Source of the DNA: Candidatus Pelearchaeum maunauluense
GTDB lineage: Archaea > Thermoproteota > Nitrososphaeria_A > Caldarchaeales > Caldarchaeaceae
Length of the DNA stretch: 64,000 bases
Direction: 5' to 3'
Assembly (NCBI GenBank): GCA_030059675.1
Contig: JANVYQ010000003.1
Location: 128,001 to 192,000 of the forward strand
A model generated the notes under the pieces. It had not been told where the DNA came from and did not search any database. It saw only the letters and a list, made by a program, of their open reading frames with translations. Positions 39,109 to 48,103 of the stretch are shown here, one piece after another. Position numbers and translations under genes: made by a program. Positions within the stretch are counted from its first letter, which is position 1. Each line of letters starts with the position of its first letter.

Positions 39109-39247
39109 AGCCCGGTAGTCTAGCGGCCAAACAGCCTGGTCAGAAACAAGAAAACAGGGCCAAGGATCCCGGGCTTTGGATCATGGCCGCCTAAGAGGCT
39201 TGAGAAGAGCCCCGGGGACCTGGGTTCGAATCCCAGCCGGGCTACCA
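39109..39247 (+). tRNA. tRNA-Gln(UUG) with two introns (D-loop: 39131-39163; 37/38: 39180-39209)
   Basis: AGCCCGG/CCGGGCT acceptor stem with ACCA; CCGGG-CT-TTG-GC-CCCGG after splicing; BHB helices GGCC/GGCC and CTTT/GAAG. Confidence 0.93.
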
Positions 39248-39267
39248 TCCTTCTTTATTCTTCCCCG

Positions 39268-40557
39268 TTGTTGGGGAGAGGACCTAAATGGGTAAGTCTT
39301 TTGATTGTGGGGTTTGGTTATCTTAATAAGATGCGTGGAGGTGTGGTTGGCGGCTTGGATAGGCGGTTTGGAGAGCTCTCTCCTCCTGAGAGGCTTTTGA
39401 TGGGGCCCGGTCCTGCTAACGTCGAGCCGCGTGTACTTAGAGCGATGGCGCTACCCGTTGTGGGGTATTTCGACCCCTTCCTCTTTGAGGTTATGGAAGA
39501 CATCAAGGAGCTTCTTCGTTATGTCTTCCGTACGAGGAACGAGCTCACGCTACCTGTTTCAGGAACTGGGAGCGCGGGTATGGAGGCTATAATCTACAAC
39601 CTTGTGGAGAAGGGCGACGAGGTTGTAGTGGGGGTCAACGGCTTCTTCGGGGCTAGGATGGCTGAGATGGTTGAACGGGCTGGTGGGAAGGCGATAGGGG
39701 TCAGGGAGAGTCTTGGGAAGCCTATAGCGGCGGAGGCAGTTGAGGAGGCGCTCAAAAACTCCAACGCCAAGATAGTTGCGTTGGTTCATGGCGAGACATC
39801 CACTGGGGTTCTCCAAAACCTGGAGAAGATATCCAGGATAGTTAAGAGCTATGACGCGCTCCTGGTTGTTGATGCGGTAACCACGCTGGGCGGCTGCGAG
39901 CTGGAGGTTGACAAGCTTGGGATAGACGCCTGCTATAGCTGTAGCCAGAAGTGTCTAAGCTGCCCGCCTGGGCTCGCGCCAATCACGTTGAATGAGCAGG
40001 CTCTGGCGAAGATTAGGGAGAGGAAGAGCAGGGTTCAGAGCTGGTATCTAGACATAGGGCTTATTGAGAAGTATTGGATGGGTGGTGAGAGGAGCTATCA
40101 CCACACACCGCCTGTGAGTATGCTTTACGGCCTTAGGGAGGGGCTTAGGGTTGTGTATGAACAGGGTATTGAGCGAAGATGGGAGCAGCACAGGATTAAC
40201 AGCGAAGCTCTGGTAGCTGGGCTAGAAGCCATGAACCTAGAGCTGCTGGTTGAGAAAGAGCATAGACTACCGCCGCTAATAGCGGTGAAAATACCCGACG
40301 GCGTCAAAGACCAGGCTGTAAGGAAGCAGCTGATTAGCGAGTATGGTATAGAGATAGGCGGCGGCCTTGGGGAGCTTAAGGGCAGGATATGGCGTATAGG
40401 TGTTATGGGAGTGAATGCGCGCGAGAAGAATATAATATACCTGCTAAGCTCTTTGGAGAAGGTTCTGGCAGCGGAAGGCTATGGGGTTAAGCTTGGGAAG
40501 GCATGTGAGGCCGCTTCAATCTTCTATAACAGCCTGGTACAGAAGCAGACCACCTAG
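39268..40557 (+). CDS. Class V aminotransferase (alanine-glyoxylate/serine-pyruvate type)
   Basis: LLMGPGP, SGTGSAGME, HGETSTG, VDAV, SQK and YHHT motifs; true start probably ~39331-39355. Confidence 0.93.
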   Translation: MLGRGPKWVSLLIVGFGYLNKMRGGVVGGLDRRFGELSPPERLLMGPGPANVEPRVLRAMALPVVGYFDPFLFEVMEDIKELLRYVFRTRNELTLPVSGTGSAGMEAIIYNLVEKGDEVVVGVNGFFGARMAEMVERAGGKAIGVRESLGKPIAAEAVEEALKNSNAKIVALVHGETSTGVLQNLEKISRIVKSYDALLVVDAVTTLGGCELEVDKLGIDACYSCSQKCLSCPPGLAPITLNEQALAKIRERKSRVQSWYLDIGLIEKYWMGGERSYHHTPPVSMLYGLREGLRVVYEQGIERRWEQHRINSEALVAGLEAMNLELLVEKEHRLPPLIAVKIPDGVKDQAVRKQLISEYGIEIGGGLGELKGRIWRIGVMGVNAREKNIIYLLSSLEKVLAAEGYGVKLGKACEAASIFYNSLVQKQTT

Positions 40558-42357
40558 CTACTTCTTCAGAGACCTATAAACAACCGCAGAGGCGAATAGC
40601 GCGGCCGAAACCAGCACAGCGGCGGCTCCCGCGTTTGTTCCCACATAGTAGGAGATGTATAGCCCAGCTACTGCTGACGAGCCTGCTATAGCCATACTCT
40701 TGGCTATGAATTCCGTAGGTCTCTTTGATGTTAGAAATGCTGTTGCTGGCGGTATTATGAGAGCCGCTATTGCTGGTATCGCTCCTATAGTCATGAACGC
40801 CGAGACTGTGGCAAACGCAAGTAGGAGGAGAAGGCCGTAATGAACCGCTCCAGTCCGCATCCCCAGGGCGTTGGCTCCGAGGGGGTCAACCGTGTATATC
40901 AGGAGAACCCTGCCGAAGAGGAGGGCGAATACTGTTATGGCTGTGGAGAGGATTATTGTGCGTGTCATCATCTCGGTTGAGACAGCCGTAACGTCTGCGA
41001 AGAGTATATCCTCTATTGACAGCGTGGCGCCTCCTATGTAGGAGAGTATGGCTATCGCCAGAGCCAGCATGGTTGTAAATGTTACCGCTATTATCACATC
41101 TGTCCTAAGCTTTGTTCTCCTCTCAACGGAGCTCACTATTATGGCTACGACCAAGCCAGCGGTGAGTGCCCCTAAAAAGAAGTCGAAGCTCATCAGGTAT
41201 GCCGCCACCAAGCCTATGATTGAGCCGTGTGCTAATGCGTCGGCGAATATAGCCCAGCCGCGTATTACTGCGAAGGAGCCGACGAGTGAGGCAGCTACTA
41301 TTGCCAGTATGAGGGTAATAGCCCCCCTCTGCATGAACTCATACTTGAATGGGCGTAGAATCGGGTTGTCAAATATACCATCATCACTTCCTCTCGATGC
41401 GCTAGCCTTAGGCGATGTTGATAGCGAGGAGACAATCACCTCGGTATTCTTCTTCATCATATCAATGTACGTATTGACGCCATAATCAGGCGCTAGAGAC
41501 TCTATGTAAAGAAACTCAACAACATCCACTCCAGCTTTCTCGGCTAAAGTTTCGATAACCTCGCGGAGCGTGGTCGCGGCCTCTTCATACTCCACAAAGA
41601 AGACAGGAACCCCCTCAGCTACCGCCGTCTCGAAGAGCTCTATAACACTCCGCGTCTGGGGCTCGTATGTCCCAGCATAGCCAGTGACGTACCCGACTAT
41701 CTCAAGGCCATATCTATCGGCGAAGTATTGCATCGTGTTCCTTACGGAGACCAGCTTCCTCTCGGAGGGTTGTAATGTGCTTATGCGGGCTTTTATCCAC
41801 TCATCAAGTTGTTGCAACTCTTCTATGTATCTCTTAGCGTTTATCCCATACTCCTCAGCACCGCTGGGGTCTATCTCTATGAGAATTGGGACGATCTTCT
41901 GAACGAGTTTCTCAACCTTGGTTGGGTCTAGCCAGAAGTATGGGTTTGGAATTTCTGCAGCGTTCTCTATCCTCTTCTCTAGGACTTTATCTAGCATCCT
42001 TACCACTCCTACCCCGTTCTTTATGCCGTCTGCGTAAGCTCCTAGGACTGCCTCGTATCCATAGCCAACATAGAGGAATAGGTGTGCGTCTGCTATTCTC
42101 TCAGAGTCGGCTGGAGTAAGCTCGTATGTTGCAAGATTTACCCCAGGTTTTATGAGGCTCTCCACCACAGCTCTGTCTCCAGCTACTCTGCCCACCACAT
42201 CAGCTAGCGGGGGGACTGTTACTATGATATAGAGACCACGCTCACCATGATTATTGTTTTGTGAATAACGGAGAGTAGCTAGGGTAATGGAGCTGGAGAC
42301 AATTATTATGACGACAACTACTATCGCTAGAGCCAGCGTCGTCCTTTTCATTTTCAC
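40558..42357 (-). CDS. Metal ABC transporter: TroA/ZnuA-type substrate-binding domain fused to an ABC-3 permease
   Basis: N-terminal anchor, SBP fold motifs (YELTP, WLDP, YFADRYGL), then a permease (YEFMQR, DALAH, IIPPATA) in one frame. Confidence 0.9.
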   Translation of the reverse strand: MKMKRTTLALAIVVVVIIIVSSSITLATLRYSQNNNHGERGLYIIVTVPPLADVVGRVAGDRAVVESLIKPGVNLATYELTPADSERIADAHLFLYVGYGYEAVLGAYADGIKNGVGVVRMLDKVLEKRIENAAEIPNPYFWLDPTKVEKLVQKIVPILIEIDPSGAEEYGINAKRYIEELQQLDEWIKARISTLQPSERKLVSVRNTMQYFADRYGLEIVGYVTGYAGTYEPQTRSVIELFETAVAEGVPVFFVEYEEAATTLREVIETLAEKAGVDVVEFLYIESLAPDYGVNTYIDMMKKNTEVIVSSLSTSPKASASRGSDDGIFDNPILRPFKYEFMQRGAITLILAIVAASLVGSFAVIRGWAIFADALAHGSIIGLVAAYLMSFDFFLGALTAGLVVAIIVSSVERRTKLRTDVIIAVTFTTMLALAIAILSYIGGATLSIEDILFADVTAVSTEMMTRTIILSTAITVFALLFGRVLLIYTVDPLGANALGMRTGAVHYGLLLLLAFATVSAFMTIGAIPAIAALIIPPATAFLTSKRPTEFIAKSMAIAGSSAVAGLYISYYVGTNAGAAAVLVSAALFASAVVYRSLKK

Positions 42358-43151
42358 GCACTCTTGATTATGCCATACGCCCTTCTGATGTTATCCTCTG
42401 TGAATACCTCGTTTGGCCGCCCCTCTATGATTACTCTCTTGTTAAGTAGTACAGCGCGGTCAAAATCCCCCATATCGGTTATATGATGCTCAGTAACTAT
42501 GACGAGCTTTCCCTTACGCTTCTCTCTGGCCAGTATCTCCATGATAAGCTTCTCAGTAGGGATGTCTATTGATTCAAAAGGCTCGTCCAGCAAGTATATC
42601 ATAGCTTCCTGAGCTAGGGCTCTGGCTATTACTGCGCGGTTGAGCTGGCCTCCTGAGAGCTCCGATAATCTTCTATCAGTTATGTCCTCAAGCTTAACGG
42701 CTTTGAGGCTCTCTTGAATCTTCTCCTCGTCGTGTGAGTTCATGCGCCTGAGCGGTTTTAGATGGGGATACCTCCCCAACGCCACTAAGTCTCTCACGGT
42801 TAGAGGCGCGTTAATGTTAAGCTCCTTCAACTGCGGCACATAGGCGATTAGCTTACGAACTCGAAGCTCTCTATACGGGTCTCTACCCAGAACAGACACG
42901 GCGCCACGTAAAGGCCTGACTAAACCCGCAATAGCCTTCAGAAGAGTTGTCTTACCGCCACCATTAGGGCCAACGAATAAAATCATCTCACCCAGCCTGG
43001 CCTCCAAGCAGACGCCCTCAATAGCGGCGCCATTAGCAGCGCTATACGCAACCTCCAAATCCCTAACACTCAGCGCTGGCTCTCCATGCCTTGCTTGGAG
43101 ATTATTTACCAACGCTTGTTCCGCCAGCTCTCTTATGCTTGCTGATTTCAT
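42354..43151 (-). CDS. Metal ABC transporter ATP-binding protein
   Basis: GPNGGGKT, YVPQ, LSGGQ and LLDEPF motifs. Confidence 0.95.
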   Translation of the reverse strand: MKSASIRELAEQALVNNLQARHGEPALSVRDLEVAYSAANGAAIEGVCLEARLGEMILFVGPNGGGKTTLLKAIAGLVRPLRGAVSVLGRDPYRELRVRKLIAYVPQLKELNINAPLTVRDLVALGRYPHLKPLRRMNSHDEEKIQESLKAVKLEDITDRRLSELSGGQLNRAVIARALAQEAMIYLLDEPFESIDIPTEKLIMEILAREKRKGKLVIVTEHHITDMGDFDRAVLLNKRVIIEGRPNEVFTEDNIRRAYGIIKSA

Positions 43152-43162
43152 GCTGCTCGCCT

Positions 43163-43196
43163 TTTTAGCCTAGGCTAAAATTTAGCCAAGGCTAAA
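43163..43196. promoter_or_regulatory. Tandem DtxR/MntR-type operator palindromes
   Basis: Perfect 18-bp palindrome TTTTAGCCTAGGCTAAAA (43163-43180) followed by TTTAGCCAAGGCTAAA (43181-43196), between the divergent importer and dtxR, next to a TATA-like tract. Confidence 0.85.
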
Positions 43197-43249
43197 ACTA
43201 TTATAGTTAAATATAAACATTACCCCGAAAAGCCCAGGCCAGACCATCC

Positions 43250-43741
43250 TTGGATCAGAAAAACCGACTAGAAGCCCTCAAGCGCGGACATAAAAAGAGG
43301 AAAGGAGCAAGAAAAGTCTCAGAAGAATATCTGGAAGCCATATACGAGCTTGCAAGGCAGCAGAAGAAGGCTAGGCCGATAGACATCTCGCGTACGCTCA
43401 ACGTTGCGCCCAGCACTGTACGTAAGGTTCTGAACAGGCTGGTTCAGCAGGGCTATGTGGCATACGAGCCTTACAGGGAGCTAACGCTCACAGAGCAGGG
43501 TGAGGAGCAAGTCTATAAACTAAAGAAGCGACACGACACCCTGGCTAAGCTCCTAACAATACTCGGAATGGAGCCCATGGACGCTGAGGTGGAGGCTGAG
43601 CGCATAGAACATAACCTAACAGAATATTCTACAGAGTTCTTCCAAGCCCTCTTGGAAGCGTTGGAAGAAAACCCAGAAGCGTTGGCGATGCTCCGCAGTA
43701 AGATAAGTGAGCGGCTGGCTAGGGTAGTTAAACCCATGTAG
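43250..43741 (+). CDS. DtxR/MntR-family metal-dependent transcriptional regulator
   Basis: SEEYLEAIY, HTH (PSTV), LTEQG, RH and EAERIEH motifs; no FeoA-like tail. Confidence 0.93.
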   Translation: MDQKNRLEALKRGHKKRKGARKVSEEYLEAIYELARQQKKARPIDISRTLNVAPSTVRKVLNRLVQQGYVAYEPYRELTLTEQGEEQVYKLKKRHDTLAKLLTILGMEPMDAEVEAERIEHNLTEYSTEFFQALLEALEENPEALAMLRSKISERLARVVKPM

Positions 43742-43798
43742 ATTAGGGCAGGCCAACTTTATCAATAACTAGAACAAAGACTATGCTGGTGATGTTGT

Positions 43799-44281
43799 TT
43801 GGGTAAGACTGGAAGACAGATTGTAAAGGCAAACGTGGAAGAAGTTATCTCAGACTTGCTGAAAGCCTACGCCGACGAGTGGCTAGCACACTACCAATAC
43901 TGGGTAACAGCCCAGTGGATTCGCGGAATTGATGCAGATACACTAAGACCAATACTGCTGAAGCAGTCTGAAGATGAGTTGAAGCATTCTGAGAAGCTTG
44001 CGCGTAGAATAATCCAGCTGGGCGGGAAGCCCGTGTTGGATTTTAAAGACCTGCTCGCAGCTAGTGGCTGCGGCTACATACCGCCCCCCAACGATCCGAC
44101 GGATATAAAGAAGGTTATAGAGGATGTTCTTAAAGCGGAGGAATGCGCCATAAAGTTCTACAGCAAGATGGTTGAAAAGTATAGAGAGACCGACGTGGTG
44201 ACGCATGAACTCTTTGAGGAATTGCTTGAAGACGAGGTGGACGACGAGGAGGAGTGGGAGAACATCCTCGCAAAGCTCTAA
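43799..44281 (+). CDS. dpsL: DPS-like (DpsL) ferritin-superfamily protein
   Basis: DEWLAHYQYW, EDELKH, RIIQLGG; paired cysteines in SGCGY and AEECAI. Confidence 0.85.
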   Translation: MGKTGRQIVKANVEEVISDLLKAYADEWLAHYQYWVTAQWIRGIDADTLRPILLKQSEDELKHSEKLARRIIQLGGKPVLDFKDLLAASGCGYIPPPNDPTDIKKVIEDVLKAEECAIKFYSKMVEKYRETDVVTHELFEELLEDEVDDEEEWENILAKL

Positions 44282-44286
44282 GCATT

Positions 44287-44817
44287 TTATCCTTTCTTTT
44301 CAAACACAACATAGTAGAAGATTTTTGAGTGTTGCTTCTCTATACGTATCTTAAACATCTCTCTAAGTAGAGAAAGCGTCTCTATCATGCTCTTCTCCAG
44401 GTGTTGCGGCGGGTGGGGCGAGTATCTGGCGCCTTCAGCGTCCCAGTCCAGCAGTATCCCCAGCCCCTCGCTCTTCATAACCCTATCAACCTCACCCAAC
44501 GCCTGGCGCTTATCCAATACATGGTGAAACGTTATCGCAGTCGTTACGTAGTCAAAGAACCCATCCTTGAACGGAAGCTCTTCTGCGCGCGCTCTCTTTA
44601 GGCTTAGCCTTCCAGAGATAATCTGCTCGCGAAACCTGCAGGTAGCTGAGTCTATGGGTTGCTGCTCTGGGTCTATGCTCCATATCCTCGCGTTTTGTGG
44701 AGCGTTCTCTAGGAGGAGCTCTACGTTGGTTGTGAATCCTGTCCCTATGTCTAGTATTGTGCTGTCAGGCTTTACGAGGAGCATTCGGTAGAGCTTGGCC
44801 AGCGTCTCCTGCCACAT
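44287..44817 (-). CDS. Class I SAM-dependent methyltransferase
   Basis: ILDIGTG, AEELPFKDGFFD, FHH. Confidence 0.9.
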   Translation of the reverse strand: MWQETLAKLYRMLLVKPDSTILDIGTGFTTNVELLLENAPQNARIWSIDPEQQPIDSATCRFREQIISGRLSLKRARAEELPFKDGFFDYVTTAITFHHVLDKRQALGEVDRVMKSEGLGILLDWDAEGARYSPHPPQHLEKSMIETLSLLREMFKIRIEKQHSKIFYYVVFEKKG

Positions 44818-44993
44818 CCGATTATCTTCACCGCCTACTCCATGCTGGGCGGGCTATGTATGTTGTTCGTAGATTATTTTACGCTAATCGTTTATATTAT
44901 GGCGATATCCGTATGAATTTCCTCACTGTTTATGCGGAGGGCAACGTTTTTATACGAATATAGTAGCAAGACCTGCCAGGTGTCCTAGAAGAC

Positions 44994-46394
44994 TTGCGCC
45001 GCGAGCTGCTGGACTCAACGCTCCGCGAGGGAGAGCTCTTCAAGGTCTTCAGTAAGGAGGTGAAGGTTAGGATAGCCGGGAAACTGGCAGAAGCAGGGCT
45101 AAAGCGTGTGGAGCTTACAGTAGATTATCCGCCCAGAACAACCTACCAGGACGTAAAGCCAGTTGTTGATGTATTGCAGGACTATGGTGTCTTGGCTGTT
45201 CTCCACGGTAGGGCTCATGACCAGGATATACGCGCTATGGCGCGTTATGGTGTTGAGGGCTGCGCTCTCTACCTCTCCCTAACGCAGTTGCATAGGGAGT
45301 TTAAGCTGCATGGTATCAGCTTGGACGAGGCTGTAAAACGGCTTGCCGACGCTGTAGCGGTTGCGCGCGAGCTGGGGTTTAAATACGTTAGGGCGACTGT
45401 TGAAGACGCCTCGCGCCTCTTCGTTGAAGAGGGATGGCGCGGCATCCAGCTCATAGGAGAGACGATAGGCGTGCTCAAACGCGCTGGGGCTACGCTGGTG
45501 AGCGTCCCCGACACGGCTGGGCTACTAACCCCTAGGAAGGCCGCGGAGTTCATAAAGAGTGTCAAGAGGGTATCAGAGCTTCCGATAGCAGCGCATTTCC
45601 ACAACGACTATGGTATGGCTTCTGCCAACACGATTGAAGCCGCGCTGGAAGGCGCTGACGAGCTTCATGTAACAGTTATGGGGATAGGCGATAGGAATGG
45701 GATAGCAGACCTATACGAGGTGGCTGCTACGCTGGAGGATGTCCATGGAATAGAGACGGGAATAGACAGAGACAAGCTAGGCCAGCTCTACCGCTTCTTC
45801 TCGCGCGCAACGGGTATCAAGCTGCCTTGGAGGCACCCGCTCTCGGATGAGGCTAGGAGAATCCGCGCTGGAGTGCATCAGTCTATGACTATAAAAAGGC
45901 CAGAAGGCTATATACCCGCAAAGAAGCTGCAACACGACTTTGGAGCGCTGCTCTACGAGATGAGCCCATACGTTAGCCATAAGCTGGTCGCGGCCATATT
46001 GGGTGAGCGCTCGGTTGATGAGCAGCGTGTTAGGAGGCTTACTGAAGTTCTAGCGGTAGCTGTGAGGCAGACGCGCTCCAGACCAAGCCTAGAGGAGCTT
46101 AGGGAGATTATAAAGCATGAAGCGGGGGTTGAGGTGAGCATAGGCCAGCTGGAGAGGTTCTTCGGTAGTGAGAGGGTGTATATCTTGGTGAAGCTAGACC
46201 CCCGCGCCCCCGCGCGTGAGATAGTGCACGAGCTTATGGGCTGGGATGATATAGAGAGCGTTGACGAGGTCTATGGTGATGCTGATATGGTAATAACAGC
46301 CCAGATGTCGTATAGGCATGATAACGTCGTAAACAGGATAAGACAGCGTTTCGCTGAGGTTATTGAGGATATGAAGGTCTTGGTAACCGACTAG
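44994..46394 (+). CDS. Homocitrate synthase-like DRE-TIM enzyme with C-terminal Lrp/AsnC (RAM) domain
   Basis: DSTLREGE, PDTAG, HFHNDYG and GIGDRNG motifs; C-terminal VYILVK...VDEVYGDAD RAM pattern. Confidence 0.85.
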   Translation: MRRELLDSTLREGELFKVFSKEVKVRIAGKLAEAGLKRVELTVDYPPRTTYQDVKPVVDVLQDYGVLAVLHGRAHDQDIRAMARYGVEGCALYLSLTQLHREFKLHGISLDEAVKRLADAVAVARELGFKYVRATVEDASRLFVEEGWRGIQLIGETIGVLKRAGATLVSVPDTAGLLTPRKAAEFIKSVKRVSELPIAAHFHNDYGMASANTIEAALEGADELHVTVMGIGDRNGIADLYEVAATLEDVHGIETGIDRDKLGQLYRFFSRATGIKLPWRHPLSDEARRIRAGVHQSMTIKRPEGYIPAKKLQHDFGALLYEMSPYVSHKLVAAILGERSVDEQRVRRLTEVLAVAVRQTRSRPSLEELREIIKHEAGVEVSIGQLERFFGSERVYILVKLDPRAPAREIVHELMGWDDIESVDEVYGDADMVITAQMSYRHDNVVNRIRQRFAEVIEDMKVLVTD

Positions 46395-46449
46395 CCTGAA
46401 AAGGATTATATTAAGCCCTTGGGGGAGGCGGCTAGTAGGGAGGGGCAGG

Positions 46450-46728
46450 ATGAGGATTCCATCACGAATAAACACTTACTGCCCGAAGTGTAATGCTCAC
46501 ACGGAGCATAGTGTGTCGTTGTATAAGAAGGGTAAGGAGAGGACTCTGGCGATAGGTGCTAGGCGCCACGAGAGGGAACTGCACGGCTACGGAGGCCAGA
46601 AATACCCAATACAGAGGAAGAAGGCCAAGACAACAGACAAGAAGGCGCTCCTACTCAAATGTACGAAATGCGGCCGCGTGGTTAACCGCGAGGGGATAAG
46701 GCTGAAGAAGCTGGAGATAGCGAGGTGA
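46450..46728 (+). CDS. rpl44e: 50S ribosomal protein L44e (eL42)
   Basis: TYCPKC, GYGGQ, KAKTT, CTKC. Confidence 0.96.
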   Translation: MRIPSRINTYCPKCNAHTEHSVSLYKKGKERTLAIGARRHERELHGYGGQKYPIQRKKAKTTDKKALLLKCTKCGRVVNREGIRLKKLEIAR

Positions 46729-46734
46729 TGAGAA

Positions 46735-46938
46735 ACGTCTAAAACCGAGTGGAGCAGGCTAATACCGAAGCCGACCAGCAAGTTCCTAGTCGTCATATGC
46801 AACGAGTGTAATAACAGGCAGATTGTCTTTGACTCCGCTAAGATACAGGTAAAGTGCAACGTTTGCGGCGCTGTCCTGGCCCAACCATCTGGCGGTAAGG
46901 CGATAATAACAGGAAAGGTTGTAGAAGCTTATGACTGA
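46735..46938 (+). CDS. rps27e: 30S ribosomal protein S27e (apparent ACG start)
   Basis: Manual translation (M)SKTEWSRLIPKPTSKFLVVICNECNNRQIVF...VKCNVCGAVLAQPSGGKA; conserved rpl44e-rps27e-aIF2alpha order. Confidence 0.93.
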   Translation, partial: TSKTEWSRLIPKPTSKFLVVICNECNNRQIVFDSAKIQVKCNVCGAVLAQPSGGKAIITGKVVEAYD

Positions 46939-47719
46939 GCAGGAGGCGCATCTCCCTGAGATAGGGGAGCTGGTAGTAGGTAAGGTAATGCGCATAGACC
47001 GCTTCGCCGCCTATCTAATCTTGGAAGACTATCCTGGAGTAGAGGCGTTCGTACACATATCGGAAATATCGCTCAAATGGGTCAGGAATATACGCGACTA
47101 CCTCAGAGAAGGGCAGAGGGACGTCTTTAAAGTAATTAGAATAAACCCAAAGGCTCTACAGGTTGATGTATCTCTCAGGAGGGTTTCGCAGAGGGAGAGA
47201 ACTGATAAGATACTCGCTTGGAAGAGGAAGCAGAAGGTTGCTAAGATACTCTCAACGTTGAGGGAGCGTGCTGGGATTAGTGATGAGGAGATTGCCGAGC
47301 TGATTAAGAAGCCGCTGGGCGATGAGGTGGATAAGATATATGATGTGTTTGAGAAGATTTCGGAAGGCGAGCCCGCGAGTAGTTTTCTCCCCAACCTTCC
47401 AGAGAAGATAATGCAGGAGCTTGAGGGCCTCGTTAGGCAGAAGATAAAGCATAAGATAGCAGTTATACAGGGCGACTTGGTTATGAAGTGTAATGGGAGG
47501 AATGGCGCTGAAGCAATAAGAACAACAGCCCGCGAGATTGAGGGGCTGGCGGGTAAGAAGGAGGAAGTGAGCATAACTGTGAAGGGCTCTCCCCATTATT
47601 TGCTGCGCATAAAGGCGGCAGACCAGGAGAGAGCGGAGGAGTTGCTTGAAGAAGTTTTGAGAAAGGCTGAAGAATTGATGAAGGGATTTGGGGGGAGTGT
47701 TGAGTTTAAGCGTGGCTAA
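46931..47719 (+). CDS. eif2a: Translation initiation factor aIF2 alpha
   Basis: S1 domain LPEIGELV, HISE, VDVSLRRV; GSPHY. Confidence 0.95.
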   Translation: MTEQEAHLPEIGELVVGKVMRIDRFAAYLILEDYPGVEAFVHISEISLKWVRNIRDYLREGQRDVFKVIRINPKALQVDVSLRRVSQRERTDKILAWKRKQKVAKILSTLRERAGISDEEIAELIKKPLGDEVDKIYDVFEKISEGEPASSFLPNLPEKIMQELEGLVRQKIKHKIAVIQGDLVMKCNGRNGAEAIRTTAREIEGLAGKKEEVSITVKGSPHYLLRIKAADQERAEELLEEVLRKAEELMKGFGGSVEFKRG

Positions 47720-48057
47720 ATAGGCCGCCTGCTGCTCTCTATCTTCTCTATCTTGAACTGGAGCGACCTACGCCTAACAATCATAGCCTTACCCTCCTGC
47801 TTGGCGTATTTCGCGTTGACCTCAACATCCATGGGCAGCGGCTCCTGCGTAGTCTCGACCTCAAGAACCCTAGCATCAGGCGGAAACTCGGCCAACCTAC
47901 CCTTCCCAAGCTTAACCTCCATACCAATATGCTCAAATCCGCCCAACGTCCTTGCAGGCTCCTCAAGAACAGTAACACGGTACCGCAGTATGTTCTTGGC
48001 GCGTTCAGAACGGGTTTTGGAGGCCTGCTTAGTAGATGTTACAGACATTACATACAC
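47716..48057 (-). CDS. Hypothetical protein
   Basis: 113 aa ORF filling the gap between aIF2alpha and the thiolase genes; no recognised motif. Confidence 0.6.
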   Translation of the reverse strand: MYVMSVTSTKQASKTRSERAKNILRYRVTVLEEPARTLGGFEHIGMEVKLGKGRLAEFPPDARVLEVETTQEPLPMDVEVNAKYAKQEGKAMIVRRRSLQFKIEKIESSRRPI

Positions 48058-48103
48058 CGCTTAACATTCTTTCCGCCTACTTATTAAGCATACACCTGAA
48101 TAA

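Noticed and set aside
44880-44970. Possible Lrp/LysM-type operator upstream of the homocitrate synthase-like gene
   Set aside because: Only weak imperfect symmetry (e.g. ATACGAATATAGTAG); not supportable without a motif scan
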